Positions 49,228 through 59,400 are shown, counted from the first letter of the stretch. The stretch: 64,000 bases of DNA from Candidatus Aenigmatarchaeota archaeon (GCA_038999435.1 JAVZYR010000001.1:18944-82943); one strand, 5' to 3'. Translations and numbers: made by a program. The notes: generated by a model from the sequence alone, not told the origin.

Positions 49228-49725
49228 ATGGCCAAGAGCAATTCAAATAAAAATTTGCAATTAAGTTTTTATGAAAAAAGGGCTTCTGGTTTTTCTGACA
49301 AAGTTTGTACTATTGATGTAAATCCGAATAACCTTAAGCCATACAGCCTACCATCATGTGAATATAATACACAATTTTCGAAGGCTGTTAAAAAAACTGA
49401 AAATTTAGGTGAAATAGGGGATGCAATTCCAACAGTATCTTTTACTGCTAGGACCTATGATAATTATGAGGATGTAAACTTGTATTGGATTAAGAAAATG
49501 GGTTGCTGGGTTGGGATTTCTAAATATATTACAAGAGAACATGACCACAGCGATCCTTTGTCAGAGGTTCACAATGGACCGTACAGAGTAGAAGGCATTT
49601 TAGCCCAAAAATTACTCGAAGCCTATGGCTTAGATGAACAATGTATTGAAAGAGGTATCGATATTGCAAAAATATCACCAAAGAAATTAGAGATACTAAG
49701 AAAAAAACAGAAACGCTATCGCTAG
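49228..49725 (+). CDS. Hypothetical protein
   Basis: 165-aa ORF with its own TATA-like element; no recognised motif. Confidence 0.55.
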   Translation: MAKSNSNKNLQLSFYEKRASGFSDKVCTIDVNPNNLKPYSLPSCEYNTQFSKAVKKTENLGEIGDAIPTVSFTARTYDNYEDVNLYWIKKMGCWVGISKYITREHDHSDPLSEVHNGPYRVEGILAQKLLEAYGLDEQCIERGIDIAKISPKKLEILRKKQKRYR

Positions 49726-51530
49726 CCAATCACAATACCTTTTCCTGATGGAATTTTGTTTGCAAATTCATCAAGAGGTATGCTTTCTATTGCCTTTTTA
49801 TCTTCTGGACTCGATTTTATAAGGATGCGGTTCTTTATCTCAGCTGCAAGTTCTTGTGCTGAAAATGTACCGGGTTTTATAGTTACAAAATATTTTGTGT
49901 ATTTTCTAACTGCCATCACAGGTCCTGCAAGCACATTAGGTTCTGGGGCAATTGAAACACCAATCGCAAGCTTCACCTCAATATCTCTATACCATATCCT
50001 GCTCCCATGCACTGTGAATGCACCTTTTGGCAATCCAGGTTCTTTTGAAAGCTGTTCAGGTTTAACTGCAAAAACATCAACAGAGCCAAGACCTTCTGAC
50101 CATGCCTTTGAGTGTGCAGCAGCAAATTCAGCTGCCTCTTTCATGCTTATTTCTGTTATACCCTTTTCAGAAGATTTTAGTATAACAAACGCAGCGCCAG
50201 GTATGTCGGCATGATATACAAGGTCACCATGTTGTACCCTTTTTGTTATCAGCTCTTCATTCTGCTTTGCATCCTTTCCAGCAACAACAAGGATACCATC
50301 AGATGTCACAAACCATCTGAACTTTTCCCACCATTTCCTTCTAATTTTCAATTTTGGTCTCTCAATTTTCTTCTCTTTGATGCTTATTTCTGCTTTTACT
50401 GCCCCTTCTGCCTTTTTTCTTGCCTTTTTCGCTTTTTCAAAATATTCAGCAGCTATATGCATTATCGGCTTTCTTATATCTATCTCAAGCTCTCTTCCGT
50501 CAATTTCAAGAACCACAACACCTTCTTTTTCTCTTATTTCTTTTACAGGTTTTGTTACTTTTGCTTTTATATCATCCCATGTTAGTCCCTCTTTTCTTTG
50601 AGAAAGAATACCTTCTATAGCTGATTTAATTTCATCATAATTGAGATATATCGCCTCTGCTTTTTTTCTTTCAGCTTCTTCTACAGCCTTCCATTTCTCT
50701 ATCGCCTTTTCTTTCATTTTTTCTATAACTTCGAGTTTTTCTTTTTTCTTTTCTTCCACTTTTTCCCATTCTTTTGCAAACAGCCTATCAAGCCCTTCAG
50801 ACAGGCTTGATAAAAATTCTAATGGCTTTTTGTCTGGCAGAGGAAATGGGCTCACCCTTTCTTCATACATGCAAGGCCTTTCAGGCAAGCTATGTAAAAA
50901 ATCTAATATCCTTTTTGCATTATCAATACTAATTTGTTTATTTGGGTCAATGCCAACAGCTCTGCATATCACATCAGACCAAAAAGGTCCAAAACCAAAT
51001 TTTACCGCAAGCGCTGCACCGATGCTTTTTTCCTTTGATGCGATATCAAAAAACAGATATTCATCAATTTTAAAAGGATCAGGATGTTCTGGAGGATATT
51101 GATACCGCCTTTTTGGTTTTATTTCCCTTGCAGCCCATATGATTGTTTTCAGCGGCATAATGATGTTATATAATTTGTCACATAACACAACATTACCACC
51201 GCCGAATAGCTCTATAATAAGTATGTTTTCATCTGTGTGTATTTCAAGAACCCTGTCAAAATCATGCTGCTTGATATCAACAATCCTTTTTTCCTGAAGA
51301 TATTTTCTTAAAAGCATGCAAAATGAAGGAGGGCTTTGCGGGGCTTCAAATCTATGATTTGTTAAAAATGCAACGTTTTTATCAAAATATAACCATCTTT
51401 CTCCCAACCCCGGTTTATAGATAATGAATACAAAAGAGCTTTCAAATTGGTATATTCGTTTTATGAAGCTTCCAACCAAAGAGCCAAATTCTTTTGCAAG
51501 AAATCTCAACTCAAGTGCGCTAATCTCCAT
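49722..51530 (-). CDS. rqcH: Rqc2/NEMF (NFACT) ribosome quality-control protein
   Basis: FCMLLRKYL, FDRV, ELFG.GN, WWEKFRWF, GKDAKQNE, HADIPGA. Confidence 0.92.
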   Translation of the reverse strand: MEISALELRFLAKEFGSLVGSFIKRIYQFESSFVFIIYKPGLGERWLYFDKNVAFLTNHRFEAPQSPPSFCMLLRKYLQEKRIVDIKQHDFDRVLEIHTDENILIIELFGGGNVVLCDKLYNIIMPLKTIIWAAREIKPKRRYQYPPEHPDPFKIDEYLFFDIASKEKSIGAALAVKFGFGPFWSDVICRAVGIDPNKQISIDNAKRILDFLHSLPERPCMYEERVSPFPLPDKKPLEFLSSLSEGLDRLFAKEWEKVEEKKKEKLEVIEKMKEKAIEKWKAVEEAERKKAEAIYLNYDEIKSAIEGILSQRKEGLTWDDIKAKVTKPVKEIREKEGVVVLEIDGRELEIDIRKPIMHIAAEYFEKAKKARKKAEGAVKAEISIKEKKIERPKLKIRRKWWEKFRWFVTSDGILVVAGKDAKQNEELITKRVQHGDLVYHADIPGAAFVILKSSEKGITEISMKEAAEFAAAHSKAWSEGLGSVDVFAVKPEQLSKEPGLPKGAFTVHGSRIWYRDIEVKLAIGVSIAPEPNVLAGPVMAVRKYTKYFVTIKPGTFSAQELAAEIKNRILIKSSPEDKKAIESIPLDEFANKIPSGKGIVIG

Positions 51531-51561
51531 AAATTATTATTTACAAAATCAAAAATAAAAT

Positions 51562-52875
51562 ATGTATTCTGCAAAAGTGAAAGTTGCGCTCCGTGGAATA
51601 AAGCCAGGGGAATGGGTTCATATAGAAACAAAAGGCGCATCGTACGAAGGCATTCTCATGCCAAGGCCAGAGACAGGAGATCCAGATTGTATTGTTTTAA
51701 AGTTGCAGTCAGGATACAATATAGGACTCAAATTCGAACGTGGAATGAAAATAAAGAAATTGAGGAAAAGTCCTCCAAAAATTTCAGGTGCAAAGCCTTT
51801 GGCATTCAATCCAAAGGCACCTGCAATCTCTTTGATTGCTGTTGGAGGAACAATTGGTTCAAGGATTGATTACAGAACAGGAGGCGTACATGCACTCATG
51901 AAGCCAGAAGAATTTCTTTTCAATATCCCAGAACTAAAAGACATTGTAAGAATAAAGCGTGTTTGTAGACCTTTCACAAAAATGTCAGAAGATATGGACC
52001 CAAATGATTGGCAGATATTAGCAAAGACAGTTGCAAAAGAGATAAAGGATGTTGAGGGTGTTATTATTACACACGGCACAGACACCATGCACTATACATC
52101 AGCTGCGCTTTCATTTATGTTGAGAAATCTCTCAAAGCCTGTTGTACTTACTGGTTCGCAAAGGTCATCAGACAGAGGGAGTTCTGATGCAGGTATGAAT
52201 ATTATATGTTCTGCTTGGATTAGCCGTTCAGACATTGCAGAGGTTGGAATATGCATGCATGAAGGCATGTCAGATGACTGTTGTATTTTTATACATGGGA
52301 CAAAGGCAAGAAAGATGCATTCGAGCAGAAGGGATGCATTTAGGTCGATAAATGATGTGCCGATTGCAAAGGTTTGGCCTGATGGCAGGATGCAGATTTT
52401 AAAAGGATATAAAAAAAGGTCTGATGAAGATGTAATAGCAGATACAAAGTTTGAGCCAAGGGTTGCTTTGCTAAAGGTATATCCGGGTTCTGACCCAAGC
52501 ATACTTGAGTTTCTCATATCAAAAGGCTATAAGGGATTTGTAATTGAGGGCACAGGGCTTGGGCATGTTCCCACACAGGCAAGGTGTAGTTGGATACCTG
52601 CGATAAAAAAGGCGATCAAGGCTGGTATACCTGTTATTGTGACAACACAAACATTGTATGGAAGGGTCAATCCACATGTCTATACAAATCTTAGGATTCT
52701 TTTTTCTGATGCTAAAGCGATACCAGGCGAGGACATGCTTCCTGAAACTGCATATGTTAAGTTAGGATGGGTTTTAGGCCATACAAAAGATATGGATGAG
52801 GTAAGGAAGGCCATGCTACAAAATATTGCAGGAGAGATAAATAACCGAAGTATACCGGAGGCATATCTATGGTAG
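51562..52875 (+). CDS. gatD: Glu-tRNA(Gln) amidotransferase subunit D
   Basis: KL.SGYNIG, GGTI.SRIDY.TG, HGTDT, SQRSSDRGSSD. Confidence 0.96.
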   Translation: MYSAKVKVALRGIKPGEWVHIETKGASYEGILMPRPETGDPDCIVLKLQSGYNIGLKFERGMKIKKLRKSPPKISGAKPLAFNPKAPAISLIAVGGTIGSRIDYRTGGVHALMKPEEFLFNIPELKDIVRIKRVCRPFTKMSEDMDPNDWQILAKTVAKEIKDVEGVIITHGTDTMHYTSAALSFMLRNLSKPVVLTGSQRSSDRGSSDAGMNIICSAWISRSDIAEVGICMHEGMSDDCCIFIHGTKARKMHSSRRDAFRSINDVPIAKVWPDGRMQILKGYKKRSDEDVIADTKFEPRVALLKVYPGSDPSILEFLISKGYKGFVIEGTGLGHVPTQARCSWIPAIKKAIKAGIPVIVTTQTLYGRVNPHVYTNLRILFSDAKAIPGEDMLPETAYVKLGWVLGHTKDMDEVRKAMLQNIAGEINNRSIPEAYLW

Positions 52876-54311
52876 AAATAAAATGTGGTATCGAGATACA
52901 TCAACAGTTGCTAACTCATAAACTTTTTTGTCCATGCAGTTCAGAAATGGTTGAAAGTGCAGAGGCTGAGTTTGCAAGAAGGCTAAGGCCTGTACCTGGT
53001 GAACTTGGCGATGTCGATGTTGCAGCACAATACGAATTTTTAAGGAACAGGCTCTTCATCTATAAAACATATCCAAAAGAGAGCTGCCTGGTTGAACTTG
53101 ATGAAGAACCACCACATGCCATAAATTTTGAAGCTTTGGAAACAGCTATCATGGTCGCCTTGATGCTAAAATGCAAAATACCAGATGAGATACATGTTAT
53201 GAGAAAGATTGTAATTGACGGCTCGGATACAACAGGATTCCAGAGGACAGCACTCGTTGGGATGGATGGCTGGATAGAAACATCATTTGGAAAGGTTGGG
53301 ATTACAAATGTCTGTCTCGAGGAAGAATCAGCACAAATATTAGGTAAAGAAGAAGGGGGAAAGATTGTTTATGGTTTAAACAGATATGGCATACCACTCA
53401 TAGAGATAGGCACAAGTGCTGAGATTAAAAACCCTGAACAGGCAAGAGAGGTTGCTGAGAAGATTGGTATGATTTTGAGGTCAACGGGAAGGGTGAAAAC
53501 AGGGCTTGGTACAATAAGACAAGATTTGAACATCTCCATAGATGGTGGTGAAAGGGTTGAGATAAAAGGTGTGCAATCGCTCAGTGCAATACCAATTGTG
53601 CTCGAGCTTGAGGCAAAAAGACAAGAAGCGATCATAAAATCAGGGCAAAAAGTTAAGCCAGAGGTGAGAAGGGCAAAACCTGATGGCACAACAGAATATC
53701 TCAGGCCATTACCTGGCTCAGCGAGGATGTATCCAGAGACAGATTGTCCGCCAATTGTGATAAACAGGCAATGGCTTTCTGAAATAGAGCTAAGGCTTCC
53801 TGAAATGATTGATGAAAAAGTGAAAAGATATGTAAAGGAATACAAACTAAGTTGGGAGATTGCATCACAACTTGTGCATTCTGATATGATTAATCTATTT
53901 GAATATCTTGCACAATGGGCAGATCCTCGCCTTGTTGCCTCTGTGCTTACAGGTGTGGTAAAAAATCTGAAAAGGGAGGGTATTGCTGTTGAGAGACTTG
54001 AGCAAAGGCACTATCAGGTGATATTTGAAGCGGTTAAAGAAGGAAAGATAGCAAAAGAGGCAATACCAGATGTCATTCGCAAGCTTGCGGAAAGGCCTGA
54101 AAAGATGGATGAAGTAATAAAAAGTGTATCGGTTTTGGTTGGAGAAGAGGATGTAAGAAATGTTATTAAGGATATAATAAAAAGCAAACCAGAGCTAAAA
54201 TCTATGCCAAATCCATTTCAAGCCTATATGGGCATAATCATGGAAAGATTGAGAGGGAAGGTGCCAGGTAGTACAATAGCAAAGATATTAAAAGAAGAGC
54301 TGGCTTGCTGA
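52869..54311 (+). CDS. gatE: Glu-tRNA(Gln) amidotransferase subunit E (short, 480 aa)
   Basis: GIEIHQQL, KLFC, DEEPPH, TGFQRT, GTIRQD, ARMYPETD. Confidence 0.93.
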   Translation: MVEIKCGIEIHQQLLTHKLFCPCSSEMVESAEAEFARRLRPVPGELGDVDVAAQYEFLRNRLFIYKTYPKESCLVELDEEPPHAINFEALETAIMVALMLKCKIPDEIHVMRKIVIDGSDTTGFQRTALVGMDGWIETSFGKVGITNVCLEEESAQILGKEEGGKIVYGLNRYGIPLIEIGTSAEIKNPEQAREVAEKIGMILRSTGRVKTGLGTIRQDLNISIDGGERVEIKGVQSLSAIPIVLELEAKRQEAIIKSGQKVKPEVRRAKPDGTTEYLRPLPGSARMYPETDCPPIVINRQWLSEIELRLPEMIDEKVKRYVKEYKLSWEIASQLVHSDMINLFEYLAQWADPRLVASVLTGVVKNLKREGIAVERLEQRHYQVIFEAVKEGKIAKEAIPDVIRKLAERPEKMDEVIKSVSVLVGEEDVRNVIKDIIKSKPELKSMPNPFQAYMGIIMERLRGKVPGSTIAKILKEELAC

Positions 54312-54566
54312 TTTTGTAGGTCTTATTGAGGTAAAGAAAATGTATAAAGTTGCTATATCAACAAGCACGAATCCTATTATCATTGCAATGCCTTCGACAA
54401 ATCTGCTTCCTGTTGCTAAGCATTCCTTCCCAAAAACAAAAGAAATACCAGGGCTACTATGAGCCAAGCAAAGGATGTGTGGTTTGATTGCCGAATCATA
54501 GATAAATAGCATAAAGAATACTGAAATGAAAACAATTGCCATTGTACATACAAGCACTATTTTCAT
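54288..54566 (-). CDS. Hypothetical two-TM membrane protein
   Basis: Two hydrophobic segments around a Cys-containing loop. Confidence 0.55.
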   Translation of the reverse strand: MKIVLVCTMAIVFISVFFMLFIYDSAIKPHILCLAHSSPGISFVFGKECLATGSRFVEGIAMIIGFVLVDIATLYIFFTSIRPTKSASQLFF

Positions 54567-54578
54567 TTTATCAAATCA

Positions 54579-54699
54579 TAGCCCCGGGCGGATTCGAATT
54601 CGGCAAGGGATACACCTTTCCGCCGTCTGTGGGTCCAGAGCCCACTATGCTTGACCAATATGTGCTTGCAATTTGTTGCAAGCTCTACACCACGGGGCT
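54579..54699 (-). tRNA. tRNA-Gln(CTG) with two non-canonical introns (27 nt at 15/16: 54658-54684; 21 nt at 53/54: 54599-54619)
   Basis: AGCCCCG/CGGGGCT stem with the archaeal Gln A1-U72 pair; GTGGG-CTCTGGA-CCCAC; both inserts form bulge-helix-bulge motifs; 73-nt mature body. Confidence 0.92.
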
Positions 54700-54732
54700 A
54701 TATAATAAATTTAAAGAGAAGAAAAATAAAAT

Positions 54733-56628
54733 ATGAAGATTCTCTTTATACATGCTGATGGGATAAAATGGGAATTGAAGAAAAAGGCAATAAAACAGGC
54801 AGAAGATGTTTCCAAAACAGAAAAGGCAAAGAATGTAAAAGATTGCCTTGTTTCTTTTATTGCAGTTGAGGCAGCTGATGAAAGACAACCAAAGGGTGTT
54901 TCGCAGAAGGCTGTAAATGAGATTTTAGATGTGTGCAAACAGGTAAAGGCAAAAACAGTTGTGGTATATCCTTATGCCCATCTCTCTTCAAATCTCGCAA
55001 CCCCAACCCATGCCTTAAATATTTTAAAAGAGATTGAAACGCAACTCAAAGACAAAAAAGTAAAAGTATACAGGGCACCTTTTGGATGGTATAAGGGCTT
55101 TGAATTAAAATGCAAAGGTCATCCTTTATCAGAGTTGAGCAGGGAATTTGGACCTGCTGAGGTTGAAGCACTTGTGTCTGAATCACTAAAACAGGAAGAG
55201 AAGGTTAAATCAGAATGGTATATTTTAGAACCAAATGGAAAGCTTAATCCCATACAATTGATAGATAAAAAGACAGGAAAGATAGAAGGTTTTGATTTTA
55301 GCAAATTTCAGAATCTTGAAAAATTCGCTGCATATGAGATGGCAAAATCCAGAATTGTCACACAGGAACCACCTCACATCAAACTGATGAAAAAATTAGA
55401 GATAGCTGACTACGAACCGGGCTCTGACCCAGGCAACATGCGCTGGTATCCAAAAGGCCGTTTGATAAAATCCTTGCTTGAAGAATGGGTGACCCAAAAG
55501 GTGAAAAAATACGGCGCAATGGAGATTGAAAGCCCTGTGATGTACGATTTTGAACACCCTGCGCTGAAGGACTATCTGAACAGATTTCCTGCCCGTCAAT
55601 ACATCGTTGAATCAGCAAAGAAGAAATTTTTCTTGCGGTTTTCTGCATGCTTTGGCCAGTTTTTGATGAATGCAAGTATGAATCTCTCATATCGCCATCT
55701 TCCATTAAAGATGTATGAGCTAACAAGATATTCATTCAGATTAGAGAAGGCAGGTGAGCTGACAGGCTTGAGGAGGCTTCGTGCATTCACAATGCCTGAT
55801 ATGCATACAATATGTACAGACCTTGAGCAAGCAAAGGAGGAATATATAAATCAATTTCAGCTTTGCATGGAATGCCTTGCTGACTTGGGCTTTTCAGATG
55901 GTAGCTATGAAACGGCGATAAGATTTACAAAGGATTTCTGGAGTAAAAACAGAGATTTTGTGCTAAAATTGGTCAAGCTGCTAAAAAGGCCAGTGCTGAT
56001 TGAGATGTGGAATTTCAGATATGCATATTTTGACCCAAAATTTGAGTTCAATTTTGTTGATGCGCTTGATAAGGCTTCTGCCCTCTCAACTGTGCAAATA
56101 GATCATGAAAATGCGCAAAGATATGGTGTGAAATATACTGATGCAGATGGCAAGGAGAGATTTCCAACAATTCTTCATTGTAGCCCATCTGGTGGTCTTG
56201 AAAGATGCATATATGCAATGCTTGAGAAGGCATGGAAAACAAACCCAGAAAGGGCTACATTACCATTTTGGCTTTCACCTGTACAGATAAGGATATGTCC
56301 TGTAAATGACAAATTTGTCAAATTTGCCGAAGAGCTTGCAGAGAGATTTGAAAAAGATAGATTGAGGGTTGATATAGATGATAGAGCAGAAACCGTTGAG
56401 AAAAAAATACGGGATGCAGAGATGGAATGGATACCATTGATAATCGTTGTTGGCGAAAAAGAAAAAAAGAGCGGAAAGTTGGCTGTAAGATTTAGGGAAA
56501 CAGGTAAGGTTGAACAGATGGAAGTTGATGATGTTTTAAAATGGGCAAAATCAAAAATCGAAGGCAAACCATTTAAAACTTTATCTCTACCTAAAATGCT
56601 TACAAAACGTCCGATATTTTTTGGATAA
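54733..56628 (+). CDS. thrS: Threonyl-tRNA synthetase (archaeal N-terminal editing domain)
   Basis: YPYAHLSS, PFGWYK, CKGHPLSE, RFSACFG, HCSPSG..ER. Confidence 0.96.
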   Translation: MKILFIHADGIKWELKKKAIKQAEDVSKTEKAKNVKDCLVSFIAVEAADERQPKGVSQKAVNEILDVCKQVKAKTVVVYPYAHLSSNLATPTHALNILKEIETQLKDKKVKVYRAPFGWYKGFELKCKGHPLSELSREFGPAEVEALVSESLKQEEKVKSEWYILEPNGKLNPIQLIDKKTGKIEGFDFSKFQNLEKFAAYEMAKSRIVTQEPPHIKLMKKLEIADYEPGSDPGNMRWYPKGRLIKSLLEEWVTQKVKKYGAMEIESPVMYDFEHPALKDYLNRFPARQYIVESAKKKFFLRFSACFGQFLMNASMNLSYRHLPLKMYELTRYSFRLEKAGELTGLRRLRAFTMPDMHTICTDLEQAKEEYINQFQLCMECLADLGFSDGSYETAIRFTKDFWSKNRDFVLKLVKLLKRPVLIEMWNFRYAYFDPKFEFNFVDALDKASALSTVQIDHENAQRYGVKYTDADGKERFPTILHCSPSGGLERCIYAMLEKAWKTNPERATLPFWLSPVQIRICPVNDKFVKFAEELAERFEKDRLRVDIDDRAETVEKKIRDAEMEWIPLIIVVGEKEKKSGKLAVRFRETGKVEQMEVDDVLKWAKSKIEGKPFKTLSLPKMLTKRPIFFG

Positions 56629-56677
56629 ATATTTTAGCACTTTTTCTTCTTTTTCTTTTGCATATCATCACCTCTGC

Positions 56678-58219
56678 TTATCTTTCTAATATGAAGACTT
56701 TTTTATGTCTCTCTTCAGGTATCTTTGCAAGTAGCATACTCTGCCTCTCGGCAATGCCCATTACATTGAGTTCTTCGGTTAGCTTAAGGGACCTTTCTAA
56801 CTTATAGTTCTTCTCAGCATAGATTTCAAACAGCACATCACCTTCTTTCACATCATCACCAAGCTTTTTTCTCAAAATTATACCTGCACCCTTATCAGCA
56901 GGGGCACCTGCCTCTCTTGCTATGGTTGCAATTGCATGATTATTTATCCACAGAACCCTCCCTTTAGCAACAGATTTTATTTTTGCGCACTTGTCACCGA
57001 TCGGTATTTCGTCAGGTTTTATCTTAGAATCACCACCTTGTGCTTCTATTATTTCTCTTAGCTTTTTTTCTGCTTTACCAGACTTTATTATTTGTCTCAC
57101 TTTTTCTCTCGCATTTCTTATACCTTTGAATTCTAATAAAGCAGAAGCAATTTCTGTTACTTTATCGATAAGGTCGAATGGTTGTTTTCCGATATTCATC
57201 AATGTTTCAAGTGCCTCTCTTGCTTCAAGGGCAGGTCCTATACAATATCCAAGAGGTTGCTCTCCAAAGGTTGAGATGCATTTCGTGTTTATATCAAGAC
57301 GTTTTCCAAGTTCTATGAATTGGCCTGCAAGCTCGTTTGCTTCGCCAATGGTTTTTATTTTTGCGCCCCTTCCTGTTGGGATGTCAATCACAAGATATTT
57401 TGCTTGTACAGCCTTTTTTTTCGACATCACAGATGGCAAAAGTAAAGGGTCTATTGCAAGAGGATATTCTATCTGTATCAGTATATCATCAGCAGGTGCA
57501 AGCTCAACAGCACCACCCCATACAAGGCAACCATTTGTATGCTCAACAACCCGTTTTATCTCTTCCATTTCAAGTTCAACCGGTGCCAAGCATTCCATTC
57601 TATCTGCAGTACCTGCTGCAGATGTGATTGAACGGGATGATGTTTTAGGGATAATAAGGCCTGCTGATGCAATGATTGGAACTAACAATATTGATGTTTT
57701 GTCCCCAGGCACACCCCCGATGCTATGCTTGTCAAAAACAGGACCTGTTTTAAGCTTCAATACCTTTCCTGTTTCAGCCATTGCTATTGAAAGAGAGGCA
57801 GCTTCTTCCATCGTAAGGCCATGATTATACAATGCTGTTACGAATGACGTCATCTCTATTTCAGAAAGTTTTTGGTCGACTATATCTTGCACTATCTGTC
57901 TAAGTTGCTCTGGTCTTAACACCTTACCTGCCAGCTTGTTTTTTATGTACAAAATACTCATTGGCTGTTCAATCGGTTTTATTTCAATATCCATCCCTTC
58001 TTTTATCTGCAGTTCTTCTTGCAATCTTCCATAAAGCCCTATCCATCCTTGTCTGATAAATTTTTCTGCGATATTAACGATTGCAGTCATTCTCCTTTTT
58101 TTAGCAAAAAGTTCTACTCTGTCAAGCGGTTTTACACCAAGGTCATCTGCATCAGCTTTGTTGAGAATAACTATTGGTTTTTTTGCTTCAAATTCCAAAA
58201 TACGTGCCTTTAGAATCAT
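56678..58219 (-). CDS. AMP phosphorylase (thymidine phosphorylase family)
   Basis: DKHSIGGVPG, KTSSRSITS.AGTAD, GPALEA, GAP.DKGAG; N-terminal extension typical of AMPase. Confidence 0.92.
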   Translation of the reverse strand: MILKARILEFEAKKPIVILNKADADDLGVKPLDRVELFAKKRRMTAIVNIAEKFIRQGWIGLYGRLQEELQIKEGMDIEIKPIEQPMSILYIKNKLAGKVLRPEQLRQIVQDIVDQKLSEIEMTSFVTALYNHGLTMEEAASLSIAMAETGKVLKLKTGPVFDKHSIGGVPGDKTSILLVPIIASAGLIIPKTSSRSITSAAGTADRMECLAPVELEMEEIKRVVEHTNGCLVWGGAVELAPADDILIQIEYPLAIDPLLLPSVMSKKKAVQAKYLVIDIPTGRGAKIKTIGEANELAGQFIELGKRLDINTKCISTFGEQPLGYCIGPALEAREALETLMNIGKQPFDLIDKVTEIASALLEFKGIRNAREKVRQIIKSGKAEKKLREIIEAQGGDSKIKPDEIPIGDKCAKIKSVAKGRVLWINNHAIATIAREAGAPADKGAGIILRKKLGDDVKEGDVLFEIYAEKNYKLERSLKLTEELNVMGIAERQSMLLAKIPEERHKKVFILER

Positions 58220-58312
58220 ATATAATATTACTTTTTTGACTTAATATTTTACGATTGTTTAAAAACACAATCTGCTTCACAAAAATTTTAATAAATAAAA
58301 CATATCTATTTT

Positions 58313-58762
58313 ATGGCAAGGATGCATTCGAGAAAAAAGGGGAAGTCAGGTAGTCATAAGCCAGTACACAAAATCGCACCATGGGTAAAATATAAACCAG
58401 ATGAGATAGAGCAAATTATCGTTAAGCTTGCAAAACAGGGCTATTCTACTGCAAAGATAGGGCTAATTCTAAGGGATCAATACGGTATACCAACTGTAAG
58501 GATAAACAAAATAAAACTTAGTTCAATCTTGAAAAAGCATGGTCTTGCCCCAACAATGCCTGAGGACCTGTATAATCTGATAAAAAAGGCAATAAACCTT
58601 CAAGCTCATCTTCAAAAGAATAAGAAGGATTACACATCTAAGCGTGGATTTGAAATTACAGAATCAAAAATTCGTCGCCTTGCAAAATATTATATAAGAG
58701 CAGGCATTTTGCCTGCTGATTGGAAATGGGATATTGAACAGGCTAAGTTGATAGTGAAATAA
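58313..58762 (+). CDS. rps15: Ribosomal protein uS15
   Basis: MARMHSRKKGKSGS, LRDQYGIP, ESKIRRL.KYY. Confidence 0.97.
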   Translation: MARMHSRKKGKSGSHKPVHKIAPWVKYKPDEIEQIIVKLAKQGYSTAKIGLILRDQYGIPTVRINKIKLSSILKKHGLAPTMPEDLYNLIKKAINLQAHLQKNKKDYTSKRGFEITESKIRRLAKYYIRAGILPADWKWDIEQAKLIVK

Positions 58763-59365
58763 TTATTCAAAAATAGCACCACGTAACCATTCCGTGATCA
58801 GATAGCCTCTTATTTCTGCAAGCTTCGCATTTTTTAAAATAGCACCATTAAAATTTGTAACATCAACTACTGCTTTCTTTAAGTTTGCTCCTGTAAGATC
58901 AGCTTCTCCAAAGTTTGCCTTTATAATAGATGCAGAAAAAAGGTTTGCATATCTTAAATTTGCATGGTAAAAATTTGATTTTTCAAGATTTGATTCTATA
59001 AGATTTGCATTTTCAAGATTTGCACTTTCGAAATCTGTATTCTCCAAACTAGCTCTTAAAAATATAGCTTCGCTAAAATCTGCACCCTCAAAATATGAGC
59101 AGGTAAGTTCGGATCTTAAAAAATTCGTCTTTTTAGCCTGTAAGTTAGGCATGTATAATATTGCGTTTAGACCTATCAATTCTGATTCGTTAAGAATTAC
59201 TGGATTATTTTCAAATTTTTGTAACTTTAGATATATGTTTAATTCTCTTTGTAAATCATCTTCGCATATAAAATATTCTTCTAATTTTATTCTAGAAAAA
59301 TCTCTCTCCCCTTCTAAAATCTTTTTAACAAATTCTTTTCCTTTCATGTATTTGAGATTGCTCAT
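58763..59365 (-). CDS. Pentapeptide repeat protein
   Basis: GERDF followed by A(D/N)(L/F)xx repeats. Confidence 0.9.
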   Translation of the reverse strand: MSNLKYMKGKEFVKKILEGERDFSRIKLEEYFICEDDLQRELNIYLKLQKFENNPVILNESELIGLNAILYMPNLQAKKTNFLRSELTCSYFEGADFSEAIFLRASLENTDFESANLENANLIESNLEKSNFYHANLRYANLFSASIIKANFGEADLTGANLKKAVVDVTNFNGAILKNAKLAEIRGYLITEWLRGAIFE

Positions 59366-59400
59366 TTTTTTAATATAATAGAAAATTTTATAAATTTAAC

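Noticed and set aside
54536..54736. 66-aa ORF in the track
   Set aside because: Antisense to the tRNA-Gln gene.
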